From the IMG/VR virus record IMGVR_UViG_3300043908_002748, positions 1 through 34,178 of that record: a stretch of 34,178 nt of DNA; one strand, given 5' to 3'. Shown here piece by piece: positions 1 through 10,300 of the stretch (its first letter is position 1; the number at the start of each line of letters is the position of its first letter). The position numbers and the translations under genes are program-made. The stretch comes from a virus. Taxonomy: Duplodnaviria > Caudoviricetes. Below the pieces are notes generated by a model that ran no database searches, had not been told where the DNA came from, and worked only from the letters and a program-made list of their open reading frames with translations.

Positions 1-2
1 AT

Positions 3-239
3 GTCGGCTTCGCAGCCCACACCAAGGCGGATGGCACCGCCGTCTCGGCATCTGCAGCTGCCTACAAGGCCGCAGCCGCTTCGACATCGGCACAGATCGT
101 GGACATTGCTGCCACGCTCGCGCTGCTGAATGGCGAAGAGGTCGATGCTGACGAGAATGGCAAGACCGTCACGGTCACTATGGGCGGCGCCGCTGGCACC
201 GGCTCCATCGCCGTGACGATGCTCTACGTCATCAGCTAA
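3..239 (+). CDS. Capsid decoration/cement-like protein, 5'-truncated
   Basis: Open frame from base 3 (VGFAAHTKADGTAVSA...GTGSIAVTMLYVIS*). Lies between the capsid gene (via the circular junction) and the tail adaptor, and is followed by a terminator. Confidence 0.65.
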   Translation, partial: VGFAAHTKADGTAVSASAAAYKAAAASTSAQIVDIAATLALLNGEEVDADENGKTVTVTMGGAAGTGSIAVTMLYVIS

Positions 240-244
240 CGACG

Positions 245-274
245 AGGGGGCAGCTCAGGCTGCCCCCTTCTTTC
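245..274 (+). terminator. Rho-independent terminator after the head genes
   Basis: Perfect 10-bp stem AGGGGGCAGC-TCAG-GCTGCCCCCT followed by TCTTTC. Confidence 0.85.
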
Positions 275-287
275 ATAGGGGCTTGGA

Positions 288-878
288 ATGGCATCAGTCG
301 TCGATATCTGTAACTCAGCGCTGAACCAGATCGGTGCGTCGAACATCATCAGTTTGACGGAGGACAGCAAGGCTGCGCGGATCTGCAACCAGCGTTATGA
401 TTTTATCCGCGACTATGTGTTTCGAGCTCACCCTTGGAACAGCCTGATCCAGCGAGTGGAGCTGGCGCCAGACACAGCCACGCCGGCTTTCGAGTTTGCA
501 AAACAGTTTTCATTGCCGACAGATCCATTCTGTCTGCGGGTCCTCAGCCTCGATGATCCCGACATCATCTTCCGCGTCGAGGGCCGCAAGATCCTGACAG
601 ACGAGAGCACGATCAAGCTCAAGTATGTTGGCCGAATTACAGATCCCAACGCTTACGACACGCTGCTGATCGAGACCATTGCAGCCGCCCTGGCAGCTGA
701 CCTGGCCTATCCCCTGGTCGGCAGCGCCACCCTGGGCGCGAATATGAATGTGTTCTACCAGGAGAAACTCAAGGAGGCTCGCTTCGTAGATGCGACCGAG
801 GACAACCAGATCAACACCTCGGACACCAGCATCTCGCAAAACTTCTCGGCTGATACCTTCATCAATTCGAGGCTCTGA
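288..878 (+). CDS. Tail tubular protein A / adaptor (T7 gp11-like)
   Basis: 196 aa. Start SVVDICNSALNQIGA and the HPWN motif are typical of podovirus adaptors; synteny fits. Confidence 0.85.
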   Translation: MASVVDICNSALNQIGASNIISLTEDSKAARICNQRYDFIRDYVFRAHPWNSLIQRVELAPDTATPAFEFAKQFSLPTDPFCLRVLSLDDPDIIFRVEGRKILTDESTIKLKYVGRITDPNAYDTLLIETIAAALAADLAYPLVGSATLGANMNVFYQEKLKEARFVDATEDNQINTSDTSISQNFSADTFINSRL

Positions 879-3151
879 TGGCCAAGGCATCCCCGAGCTT
901 TAGCAACTTCACAGCCGGTGAGCTGAGCCCCCGCCTAGACGGGCGCACAGACATCCAGAAATATTTCAACGGCTGTAAGACGCTTGAGAATTTTGTCGTC
1001 CACCCGCATGGCGGCGCAAGCCGGCGGCCTGGCACGATCTTCGTCCGCGAAGTCAAGAACAGCGCACACAACGTCCGGCTGATCCCTTTTGAGTTCAATG
1101 TCGAGCAAGCCTATATCCTGGAGTTCGGCGACCAGTATTTCAGAATCCACAAGGATGGCGGCACGGTTGTATCGAGTGGCAGCCCGGTCGAGGTGACGAC
1201 GCCCTACCTCCACACCGAGCTCGCCGACATCAAGTTCACGCAATCCGCGGACGTGATGTATATCGTCCACCCCAACCATGCGCCCAGGAAGATCACGCGC
1301 ACCAGCCACACAGCCTGGACGATTACGGCTGTGGACTTCCAGCGTGGCCCGTTCCAGGACGCTAACCTAACCAGCACCACGCTAACCGCCAACGGCAGGA
1401 CCGGCACGGTGACAATCACCGCAAGCGCCAGCACCTTTGCCAGCACAGATGTCGGGCGCCTGGTCAAGCTGCACCACGGCTTTGCCAAGGTTGCCAGTTT
1501 CAGCTCGGCGACATCTGTCACCGCTGCTGTCCAGGAGACAGCTGACGGCCGGGCTGAGCTGGCGCCAAGCTACACAGCGACGACGCTGAGCTTCCATGAG
1601 GGTGACCCGTCTGCGACCGGGCTCGAGCACAATGACCGGATCCAGGACAGCGCCGGCAACTTCCTGACCCAGGGCTTTGCTGTCGGCATGAAGATCTCGG
1701 TCTCTGGCGCCGGCACCAGCAACAACAACGAAAGCGGCGCCATCATTGTCCAGATCACCCAGGACACGATGCTGCTTTCGCCCAGCGCGGATCTGACAGA
1801 CGAGGCAGCTGGCTCGAGCGTGACGATCTCAGGCGACCTGGTGGCAGACAGCAGTTTTGCCCTGGGCGCTTTTTCTGCGACGACCGGCTACCCAGCTGCA
1901 GTGACCTTCTACGAGCAGCGCCTTGTTTTCGCTTCGACAACCGAGCAGCCGCAGACAATATTTTTCTCGGTGGGTGGCAGCTTTGAGGATTTCACAGATG
2001 GTGTGGGCGCAGCTGACGCGCTGACCTACACCCTGGGATCTAATCAGGTCAACGTCATCCGCTATCTCCAAGCTGGCAGGGTGTTGTTGGTCGGCACGTC
2101 AGGCGGCGAGTTCGTGGTGACAAGCTCCGAGGATGCGCCTCTCAGCCCGACCAACGCGGTGGTCAAGCGTCAGGCAACCTATGGCTCGGCCAACATCCAG
2201 CCGGTCCAGGTGGCCAACGTCACGCTGTTCGTACAGCGCGCCAGGCGCAAGCTGCGCGAGCTGGTGTTCGATCTGAACACAGACAGCTATCAGGCGCCGG
2301 ACATGACGCTCCTGGCCGAGCACATAACGACCAGCGGCATCAAGGCAATGGCGCTTCAGCAGGAGCCGGACAACGTCGTCTGGTGCGTCCTGGAGAACGG
2401 CAAGTTCGTCGGCATGACCTACAGGCGCGAAGAGAACGTGATCGCCTGGCATGAGCATCTGATTGGCGGCAGCTTCGGATCTGACAGCTTCGCTCACGTC
2501 GAGAGTGTTGCGACGATACCTGGCGCCCTGGATGAAGATCAAACCTATCTGATCGTGAAGAGGACCATCGGTGGAGCGACTAAGAGATATATTGAATATT
2601 TTAATTTCTTTGATTTCGGAGACAATATCCTTGACGCCTACTTTGTCGATTCGGGGCTGACCTACAGCGGGTCAGCTGCAACGACGATTAGCGGCCTGGA
2701 TCACCTCGAGGGGCAGACAGTGCGAATCGTGGCAAATGGCGCCACCCACCCCGACAAGGTGGTGAGCAGCGGTGCCATCACGCTCGACTTTTCTGCAACC
2801 AACGTCCACATCGGCCTCGGCTACACCTCGACACTGCAGACCATGCGGATCGATGCCGGCGGCACAGAAGGCACGTCCCAGGCAAAGACCAAGCGCATCC
2901 ATGAGGTTACGCTCAGACTGTTCCGCACAGTGGGCGTGGAGGTCGGCAGCTCGACCAGCGAGCTCGACCGGATACCGTTCAGATCTTCGGCTGATGCAAT
3001 GGACTCTGCCCTGGCGCTTTTCACGGGCGACAAGGAGGTCGAGTTCCGAGGAGGCTTCGACACTGACGGCTTCATCGTTGTTAGGCAGTCCCAGGCGATG
3101 CCCATGACGATCCTTTCGATCATGCCGCGTCTCATAACATTCGATCAATGA
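878..3151 (+). CDS. Tail tubular protein B / nozzle
   Basis: 757 aa. Motifs FTAGELSPRLDGRTD, GGASRRPGT, FTQSADVMY, YPAAVTFYEQRL; directly follows the adaptor. Confidence 0.9.
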   Translation: MAKASPSFSNFTAGELSPRLDGRTDIQKYFNGCKTLENFVVHPHGGASRRPGTIFVREVKNSAHNVRLIPFEFNVEQAYILEFGDQYFRIHKDGGTVVSSGSPVEVTTPYLHTELADIKFTQSADVMYIVHPNHAPRKITRTSHTAWTITAVDFQRGPFQDANLTSTTLTANGRTGTVTITASASTFASTDVGRLVKLHHGFAKVASFSSATSVTAAVQETADGRAELAPSYTATTLSFHEGDPSATGLEHNDRIQDSAGNFLTQGFAVGMKISVSGAGTSNNNESGAIIVQITQDTMLLSPSADLTDEAAGSSVTISGDLVADSSFALGAFSATTGYPAAVTFYEQRLVFASTTEQPQTIFFSVGGSFEDFTDGVGAADALTYTLGSNQVNVIRYLQAGRVLLVGTSGGEFVVTSSEDAPLSPTNAVVKRQATYGSANIQPVQVANVTLFVQRARRKLRELVFDLNTDSYQAPDMTLLAEHITTSGIKAMALQQEPDNVVWCVLENGKFVGMTYRREENVIAWHEHLIGGSFGSDSFAHVESVATIPGALDEDQTYLIVKRTIGGATKRYIEYFNFFDFGDNILDAYFVDSGLTYSGSAATTISGLDHLEGQTVRIVANGATHPDKVVSSGAITLDFSATNVHIGLGYTSTLQTMRIDAGGTEGTSQAKTKRIHEVTLRLFRTVGVEVGSSTSELDRIPFRSSADAMDSALALFTGDKEVEFRGGFDTDGFIVVRQSQAMPMTILSIMPRLITFDQ

Positions 3152-3594
3152 ACGCTATCGATTACGAGGCAGTTCACCTCGAGCAGCTGATGGAGGGCGA
3201 GCTCAACGCTGGCGCTGAGCGCCTGGGCTACATGATGCAATATGCCCACCGCCTCGAGCAGCCTGGCTGGGCCTACACGGCTATCGACCAGGGCGAGGTA
3301 CTGTTTTGCACAGGCATTGTGGATATGTGGCCTGGGACTGGGGAGGTTTGGTTCATCGGCAGCCAGGATATCCACAGAAAGCCCCGGAAGGTCATCGAAT
3401 ATTGCAGGGGCGCCATGCGCCGCTGCGCCCTGGAGAACGACCTGTGGCGCATCCAAGGGGTTTGCAGGGCAGACTGGCCGAGCGCTCTGCGGTTCGCAGA
3501 GTTCTTTGGCTTCAAGAATGAGGGGCTGATGCGCCGCTATGGCCCCGAGGGTGCAGATTATTACAGGGTAGCGTGGTTCCCAGATGGGCATTGA
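3148..3594 (+). CDS. GNAT acetyltransferase-like protein (T7 gp13 position)
   Basis: 148 aa. C-terminal ALRFAEFFGFKNEG resembles a GNAT motif; sits between nozzle and internal virion genes. Confidence 0.7.
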   Translation: MNAIDYEAVHLEQLMEGELNAGAERLGYMMQYAHRLEQPGWAYTAIDQGEVLFCTGIVDMWPGTGEVWFIGSQDIHRKPRKVIEYCRGAMRRCALENDLWRIQGVCRADWPSALRFAEFFGFKNEGLMRRYGPEGADYYRVAWFPDGH

Positions 3595-4087
3595 AACAGC
3601 AATCTTCGCAGCTGCTGCTGGCAGCGCCGTCCAGGCTTATGGTCAATATCAGGCCGGCAAAACACAGCAAGCTGCTTACAACTTCAACAGCCAGATCGAT
3701 GAGCGCAACGCCAAGGCTGCCGACCAGCAAGCTGAGCAAATCCAGCTGGCAGCAGATCTCGAAGCCATCAAGTTCCGCAATGACTTCCAGCGGCTGCAGG
3801 ACGCTACCGCCCAGGCCAACCGATATAACGGCTGGATGGCTGACACCGGCACCCCGCTCAAGGTTGCCCTGGCTAACGCGACCGAGGCTGAGGAGGAGCT
3901 GGCCATAGCTGACTACAATGCCAGCATCGGTGCTGCCCAGGCTCGAGAGAGCGCTGTTCAGTCCAGGATGTCATCGCAGCTGAACCAGATGTATGGCCGG
4001 GCAGCTCGCCGGGCTGGGGTCATCAACGCCGGCAGCAGCCTCCTGGCCGGTGCGTCTAACGTCGGTTATATCAGGGCAACGGCATGA
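3584..4087 (+). CDS. Internal virion (ejection) protein, gp14-like
   Basis: 167 aa, Ala/Gln-rich and helical with hydrophobic Gly/Ala ends; synteny. Confidence 0.75.
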   Translation: MGIETAIFAAAAGSAVQAYGQYQAGKTQQAAYNFNSQIDERNAKAADQQAEQIQLAADLEAIKFRNDFQRLQDATAQANRYNGWMADTGTPLKVALANATEAEEELAIADYNASIGAAQARESAVQSRMSSQLNQMYGRAARRAGVINAGSSLLAGASNVGYIRATA

Positions 4088-5922
4088 GGGTTCCAACCTA
4101 TCAATCGCAGGGCAAGCGGACCACCGAGGTCTCTGCACGTCAGCTGAACGTCAGAGCCAACCCAGGCGCCTTGGCTGCCGAAAGCCAGGCGCTGGCAAAT
4201 TTTGGTCAGACTGCAGCCAAGGTCGGCCAGACCTGGTACGAGCAGTCTCTGAAAGCAGAGCGCGCTGGCCAGCTCAAAAGCGCAGAGAACCAGCTGGCTC
4301 AAAAATTACGGGATGTTGAGATCCAGGCGCTCAACACAGATCCAAAAGATGTCCCAACACTTTATGAGCAAGAGACGACAGCTGCCATCGCAACCATCAC
4401 CAGCGGCATCAAGGACCCTGTCGTGCAGCGCCGCTTCAAGGGCAGCGCAGCCACAGCCACACTGAACAAGAGCGTCACCATCTTCAAAGATGCGCGCCTT
4501 CGCGGCATCGATCAGAACATGGCGAGCTTCGACACGCGCATCGATGAGCGGATCAACACCATTGCAACAGGTGGCCGAGCTGATGCTCATGCGGCAAGGG
4601 TCGAGCTTTTTGGCGGCATAGCAGCTGACGGCTCCCAGGTTGCCGGCATCTTTGAGGAGATGGCTGACGCTGGCTATATCAAAGCGACAGACATTGCTTC
4701 TAGGAGGCAGACCGCAGAACAGCGCATCGACTTCCTGGGCGCACAAAGTATCCTCAACGGCGTGGCTATCCGGCGCTCAGCAGAAGATGCTGAGAGTTTT
4801 CTGATTACGCTGCAGGATCCAAAGCAGTTTCCAAACATGAAGCCTGAGAAGCGCGAGCAGCTCATCAACCGCACGAACACCCTGGCGGTGACGTTGCGCC
4901 GCGCAGCCAACGCAGAAGCTGCCAAGGCTGACGCAACTGCAGCTCGAGAGCTCAAGACAACCCAGGACACCAACTTCGCTCAGCTGATGACCCAGGTGCG
5001 TCAGTCTCGTGAAGGCGTCGAGGGCGCAGAGATGCCGACCATGCTTGATGTCATCGAGCACCAGGGCAAGCGGACGCTGACCGATACCCAGGTGACAGCG
5101 CTCGAGAAAGCTATCCTGGGACAAGACGCAGCTGCCACAAACACAGTCACGCTGGCCGGCTTTTATGCAAGACTGGATCAGGCGGAAAACCAGGAAGACA
5201 TCGATCAGCTGATGGCTGACGCGCTGACACATATTGGCCCTAATGGCGATATCCAGCTGCAGGATTTCCTGAGCCTCAACGCCTACAGCAACGGCCTGAT
5301 GGACAAGACCCCGCGCGCTATGGAGATCAAGCGGGTCAACAAGCTGCTGCGGAGCGCCATAGGTGACAGCGACGTAAACTTTGGCAGCCAGTTTGACCCC
5401 CAGTTTATGGGCCAGCTTCGAGCTGATGCCATCGACACCTATCACCAGCTCGTCCATGACACTGGCCGGGAGGATCCGCTTGAGCCGAAAGAAGCCTTTC
5501 AGATGGTCATGCGGATGTTCAACGATGCGAAGACGCAGTCGCTGACCTTCCTGGCCCCGAGCTCGACGGTTCTGGATCTGATTGCAGAAACAAATCCAGG
5601 CAACGCTCAAAAACTTAAAAAGTTCAACACTTGGACTGAGGTCGATCTTGAGAACGCCGGCAGGCTCGTTTCGGAATCTAAGAAACTAACGCCGCTGCAA
5701 AAAGCTCTTGAGCTCGAGACCCTGCTGCTTATCCAGCAATCTGTCCGCGACCGAGCTGAGGCATTGAAGCCGACCGTCGATAGCAACGCAAAGATTGGCG
5801 AGGGAGGTCCTAACGAGACGGACAATAACAAGGGCCTCCTTGAAATGCTCCAGTCCTATATTGGAGGAGGAAACGGTGGCACAACCGAGGATCGCTTGAA
5901 ACGCATAAGGGAGCGGGGCTGA
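4084..5922 (+). CDS. Internal virion (ejection) protein, gp15-like
   Basis: 612 aa, helical, starts MRVPTYQ; stop/start overlaps with both neighbours. Confidence 0.7.
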   Translation: MRVPTYQSQGKRTTEVSARQLNVRANPGALAAESQALANFGQTAAKVGQTWYEQSLKAERAGQLKSAENQLAQKLRDVEIQALNTDPKDVPTLYEQETTAAIATITSGIKDPVVQRRFKGSAATATLNKSVTIFKDARLRGIDQNMASFDTRIDERINTIATGGRADAHAARVELFGGIAADGSQVAGIFEEMADAGYIKATDIASRRQTAEQRIDFLGAQSILNGVAIRRSAEDAESFLITLQDPKQFPNMKPEKREQLINRTNTLAVTLRRAANAEAAKADATAARELKTTQDTNFAQLMTQVRQSREGVEGAEMPTMLDVIEHQGKRTLTDTQVTALEKAILGQDAAATNTVTLAGFYARLDQAENQEDIDQLMADALTHIGPNGDIQLQDFLSLNAYSNGLMDKTPRAMEIKRVNKLLRSAIGDSDVNFGSQFDPQFMGQLRADAIDTYHQLVHDTGREDPLEPKEAFQMVMRMFNDAKTQSLTFLAPSSTVLDLIAETNPGNAQKLKKFNTWTEVDLENAGRLVSESKKLTPLQKALELETLLLIQQSVRDRAEALKPTVDSNAKIGEGGPNETDNNKGLLEMLQSYIGGGNGGTTEDRLKRIRERG

Positions 5923-7319
5923 TGCAAGAGAACGATCCCATCGAGCGCTTCGTTGCAGCCCGTCATTCGCAGCGCGGCAAGTCTCTGTTCGAGCAGATGC
6001 ACTTTATGAATAGCGAGATGCCGATTGACGTGGACTATGTCTATGACAACGACATCACAGATCCTGGCAGACCATCGGCGCCAACCGAGGACGAGCTGAT
6101 CGCTGACCCACAGTTCCAGGCGGCTTCCAAGGTTGTCTTCGATGCCTTTGGTGGCGAGGGCAAAGCTGATCGCCAGTATGGCATGATGATCGGCCAGGAG
6201 CCGCCCAAGACCCGAGAAGATTACGCAAAGTGGGGCATGGAGTTCATGGGGTGGTTCAACTACAACCTCCCGCAGATGGGCATGATCGGCTATAAGGCCA
6301 GCCAGATGGAAGAGGGCGGCATGGAGCGCTTTGCCCTGTTCGAGCTGATGGAGCTGTACGATCAAAAGCAAATCAGCTGGTCCGGCACCCGTCGCTTCTG
6401 GACAGGGGTGCTGACAGATCCATCCACATATCTGGGACTTGGGACTTTTGGCATCGGGGTTGCCGGCCGTACAGGGGTCAAGACTGCAACCAAGACCGGG
6501 CTTAAAGAGGTCCTCAAGCGAAGCGCTGGCACGGCAGCCTCGCTTGAGGCCGCCGCGTATGGCGCTGCTGATGATGTCATGCGCCAAAACGTGAAGATCG
6601 GAGCCGGCCAGCAAGGCGAGCTCGACTTCACGCGAACGGCAGCAGCAGCAGCGACATCTGCGTTGCTGGGCGGATCTATCGTCAAGGGCGCGCAGTTCCT
6701 GGCAGACCAGCTGCCAACAAATCAGCTAATGAACAAGATCTATGACGGCGCAGATGAGGCCCAGGCTAATCTTGTCGGTTTTCTCAAGGAGTTTTCTGAG
6801 CGGCCTATTGAGACGGGCGAAGTTTCAATCATACCAGAGAACCAGCCCAAGGTTGTTGATCCAGGGCTCAAGGATCCCGTAACAGCCAAGAAGAAGGTCA
6901 AGCGCAAGGGCTACAAATCGCCTGAGCAGCTGAGCGACATCGTGCGCGCCGGCATCGCTGTTGATCGTCCTGACGAAGCCCAGGCATTGGTCGATAAGCT
7001 GGCCGATAATTTTGAGATTGTCGATGAAGGATGGGATGCCAAGCCTGGCGGTTACTTCGACCGCAAGGTGATGGTCAAGCTGCCAAACGGCAAAACGGGC
7101 GAGCTGCAGATCTATTCTCAGGAAATTGCTGCAGCTAAAAACGACATGCACATAATTTACACGCAAGCCCGTGACATCGAAAAAGATCCGAAACAGCAGG
7201 ATAAATATCAGGATCTGCTCAAGCAGAGTGACGCCATAGCAGCTCAAGCCCTGACAGCTGGTGCAGCGATATGGCAGCCCATCTACGACCAGATCAACCT
7301 GACGGTCCCTGGCTTGTAA
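5922..7319 (+). CDS. Internal virion protein with C-terminal RelA/SpoT-like nucleotidyltransferase domain
   Basis: 465 aa. Ejection-type segment DPSTYLGLGTFGIG plus Gly/Ala helices, then LKDPVTAKKKVKRK...DIVRA...GGYFD...GELQI...HIIY in the order of RelA/SpoT synthetase motifs. Confidence 0.75.
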   Translation: MQENDPIERFVAARHSQRGKSLFEQMHFMNSEMPIDVDYVYDNDITDPGRPSAPTEDELIADPQFQAASKVVFDAFGGEGKADRQYGMMIGQEPPKTREDYAKWGMEFMGWFNYNLPQMGMIGYKASQMEEGGMERFALFELMELYDQKQISWSGTRRFWTGVLTDPSTYLGLGTFGIGVAGRTGVKTATKTGLKEVLKRSAGTAASLEAAAYGAADDVMRQNVKIGAGQQGELDFTRTAAAAATSALLGGSIVKGAQFLADQLPTNQLMNKIYDGADEAQANLVGFLKEFSERPIETGEVSIIPENQPKVVDPGLKDPVTAKKKVKRKGYKSPEQLSDIVRAGIAVDRPDEAQALVDKLADNFEIVDEGWDAKPGGYFDRKVMVKLPNGKTGELQIYSQEIAAAKNDMHIIYTQARDIEKDPKQQDKYQDLLKQSDAIAAQALTAGAAIWQPIYDQINLTVPGL

Positions 7320-7353
7320 TTAACGCCTCCAAAAGGTAGGATTAACAGATAAG

Positions 7354-10300
7354 ATGTCGATCGATCCCAACGCTCCAGAAGCGCTGGCGAATCAGGTCGG
7401 CTTGGCGGGTGGGCTCCTTGAGCCGCTAACAGGCGCCGAGCTCACGCAACCTGATCCCAGCGCTTTTGAATTTAGCCAAGCCCCCGACAGCGAGTTCGAT
7501 CTCTTAGCCCCTATCAAAACGGTCGAGCAGGACGAGATCCAGCTGGCTATGTCTGGGCCTATCAGCAAGAACCTGGCGCGACTTATCGGCTTCGACTTCA
7601 GCGGCACGTTTGGCGATGCCGCAAAGAAGGTCGATGACATGGCGGCCAACCGGGGCAACCTGGACACCAGCGGCCGCACGGATGTCGAGGGCGAGCAGCT
7701 GACCTTCGAGGACGGCGTTTATGCTCCTTATGAGCGGGGCAGCGTTCTGCCAAATCTGAGGGCCGAGGGCGAAATGCCCAACCTTAGATTCGACAGGCCT
7801 AAGCTGGCAGATGAAGAGCGCGCTCAGATGGTCATCGAGGGCGTGGACCGTGAGGTGGAGATCCAGCCTGACGGGATGCTGGATGACTTCCGAGCTGTCG
7901 GATCCAGGGGCGATGAAAAGATCCCCGACGAGGGCCGGGTGCTGAGCACCATCCAGGCGATCAGCTCGACTTACTCGGGGCAGATCGATGAGGCCAAGCG
8001 CGGCGTGATCGAGACCGAGGCCACCAGGCAGATGGCTGACATCCTGGGGATGGACGCCAACAAGCTCTCGAGAGCAATTCTGGGGCGCAAACCTGGTCAG
8101 GCAATAAGCCTGACTGGCCCAAATGGCCAACCAGTAGGAATGGCCGAGACAATGCTGGCCTCGAGGGATCTGCTCGTCACCGAGATCAAATACCTGGACG
8201 AGCTGGCCAAGAAGGCAGAGACCGGCACAGACGAAGACGCGCTGCGCTTCCGCGAGCAGCTCGAGCTGGTCACTCAGCTGCAGATGCAGATCAAAGGCGC
8301 CCAGACTGAAATCGCTCGGGCGCTTGGTCAGTTTCGGATCCCGGCCAGGGGTGGCCAGGCTGGCGCCGCTGCAGAGACAAGGTCAGCTGACATCACTACG
8401 CTGCTCGAGGAGTATGGCGGCTCTGAGGATGTCCGCCTGATGGCCAAGGCCTATCTCGAGGCTGGATCGGTTGCAGATCGTGCTGCGATCACTAGGGCCG
8501 GCAGTAAGTTCAAAAAATTTGGTGATGCGTTTTACGAGGCGTGGATCAATATCCTCCTCAGCAATCCCATCACGCATATCAAAAACAACGTCGGCAACAT
8601 CCTGATTATGGGCGCGCATGTCGCCGAGACAGGCATGGCTGCTACCGTAGGCACCGCCAGGCGCGCTATGGGCGGCGAGGGCGGCGTCTATTTTGGCGAG
8701 GTCCAGGCACAGCTTTTCGGCGCCATGATGGCCATGCAGGATGCCTGGTCGGCATCAGGCAAGGCTTTCAAGACCGGAGAAGCGCCTATCCTGGGATCGA
8801 AGATAGACGGTCAGCGCGGGAAGCGGCCGGTCAGAGCTTTCTCAGCGGAAGGCTTCGAGGCGCAGGGTCCGCTTGGAGTCACGGCTGATGTTCTTGGCAG
8901 CGTATTTACCCTGGGTCGGGCCCCCACAAAGATGCTCGAGTTCGAGGACACCTTTTTCAAGGTTGTCGCGCAACGAATGAGCCTATACCAGCAAGCCTAT
9001 CGCACAGCCAAAGGAGAGGGCCTGACAGGCGATGCGCTGAGCTCGAGGATCGCGGAGTTCGTCTATGACCCGCCGGCATCAGCTTTGAAAGAGGCTGACG
9101 CTCACGCTAAATATGTCACCTTGCAGACTGACCTGGATGCAGCTGGCAAGGCGCTAAACGGGGTCCGAAAGATCCCAATGGTCAGATATTTTCTGCCCTT
9201 CTTTAAGACGCCTTACAACGCGGCTAAGTACGCGATGGTCGAGCGCTCACCGCTCGGCTTTGCTTACGGTGAAAGCGCAAGAGCGATCAAACGCGGCAAG
9301 GCACCTGGCGCATCACCAGCTGACAAGGCTGCAGCTGATATGGCGCGCACCAGGATCTATGTTGGCAGCATGACAATGATGACGGTCGGCATGATGGCGG
9401 CAAACGGTCAAATCACCGGCGCCGGACCAGCTGACCCTGAGCTCAAGGCCGCTCTGCGCCGTACCGGCTGGCAACCTTACTCGATCCGAGTCGGTGATAA
9501 ATATATAAGCTACGCAGGGGCTGAGCCTTTTTCCACAACCCTTGGCCTGGCAGCTGACGCAGCTGAGCTTGGCATGAGCTCGAGCCTGGATGGCGCCAGC
9601 TGGGAGCGCGCGCTTATGGCGGCTGGCGGGGCCATTTCTTACAACATGACAAACAAAACATTTCTCCAGGGATTTGCCAACCTTGTCTCAACTGTCAATG
9701 ATCCTGGTCGATATGCAAATGGCACGGTTGATAGTTTTGTGCGCTCGCTAGTCCCACGACTGATAGCCCAGACAGAGAAGGTTCAAGATCCTCTGGTGCG
9801 TGATGCCAGGTCTGTTATCGATCAGCTCAGGAGCCAGGTGCCCTGGCTTAGCAACACGCTGCCGGCCAAGCGCAACTTCTGGGGTCAGAAGGTCATGCTG
9901 TCACCGGCCCTGGGGCCGGACATGCTGAGCCCAATCTACACAAGCACCATCGGGCCCAACCCTGCAGCTGAGGGTGAGAACGCAGCTCAACGAGCCTTTG
10001 ATCTCGATCAGATGTTCATCACGCTGCGCTGGGGCCCTGGCAAGCACCCAGATGTCTACTCACAGAACGGCATTAAGGTCGGCCTCAAGCCCAAAGAGAT
10101 CGAGCAGTTCCATATCTACGCTGGTGCCAGGTCGCTCGAGTATATCGAGGAGGTGGTGGAGAACGATAACTTCCAGCGTCTATTCAAGATCTGGAACGAC
10201 GAGGTCAGCCAGCCGACAACGCTGATGGATGTCCAGATTGCCGACAAGACACTGACGCCAAGCACTAACGCCCAGGAGGCTCGTGAGCTCTGCATCGACA

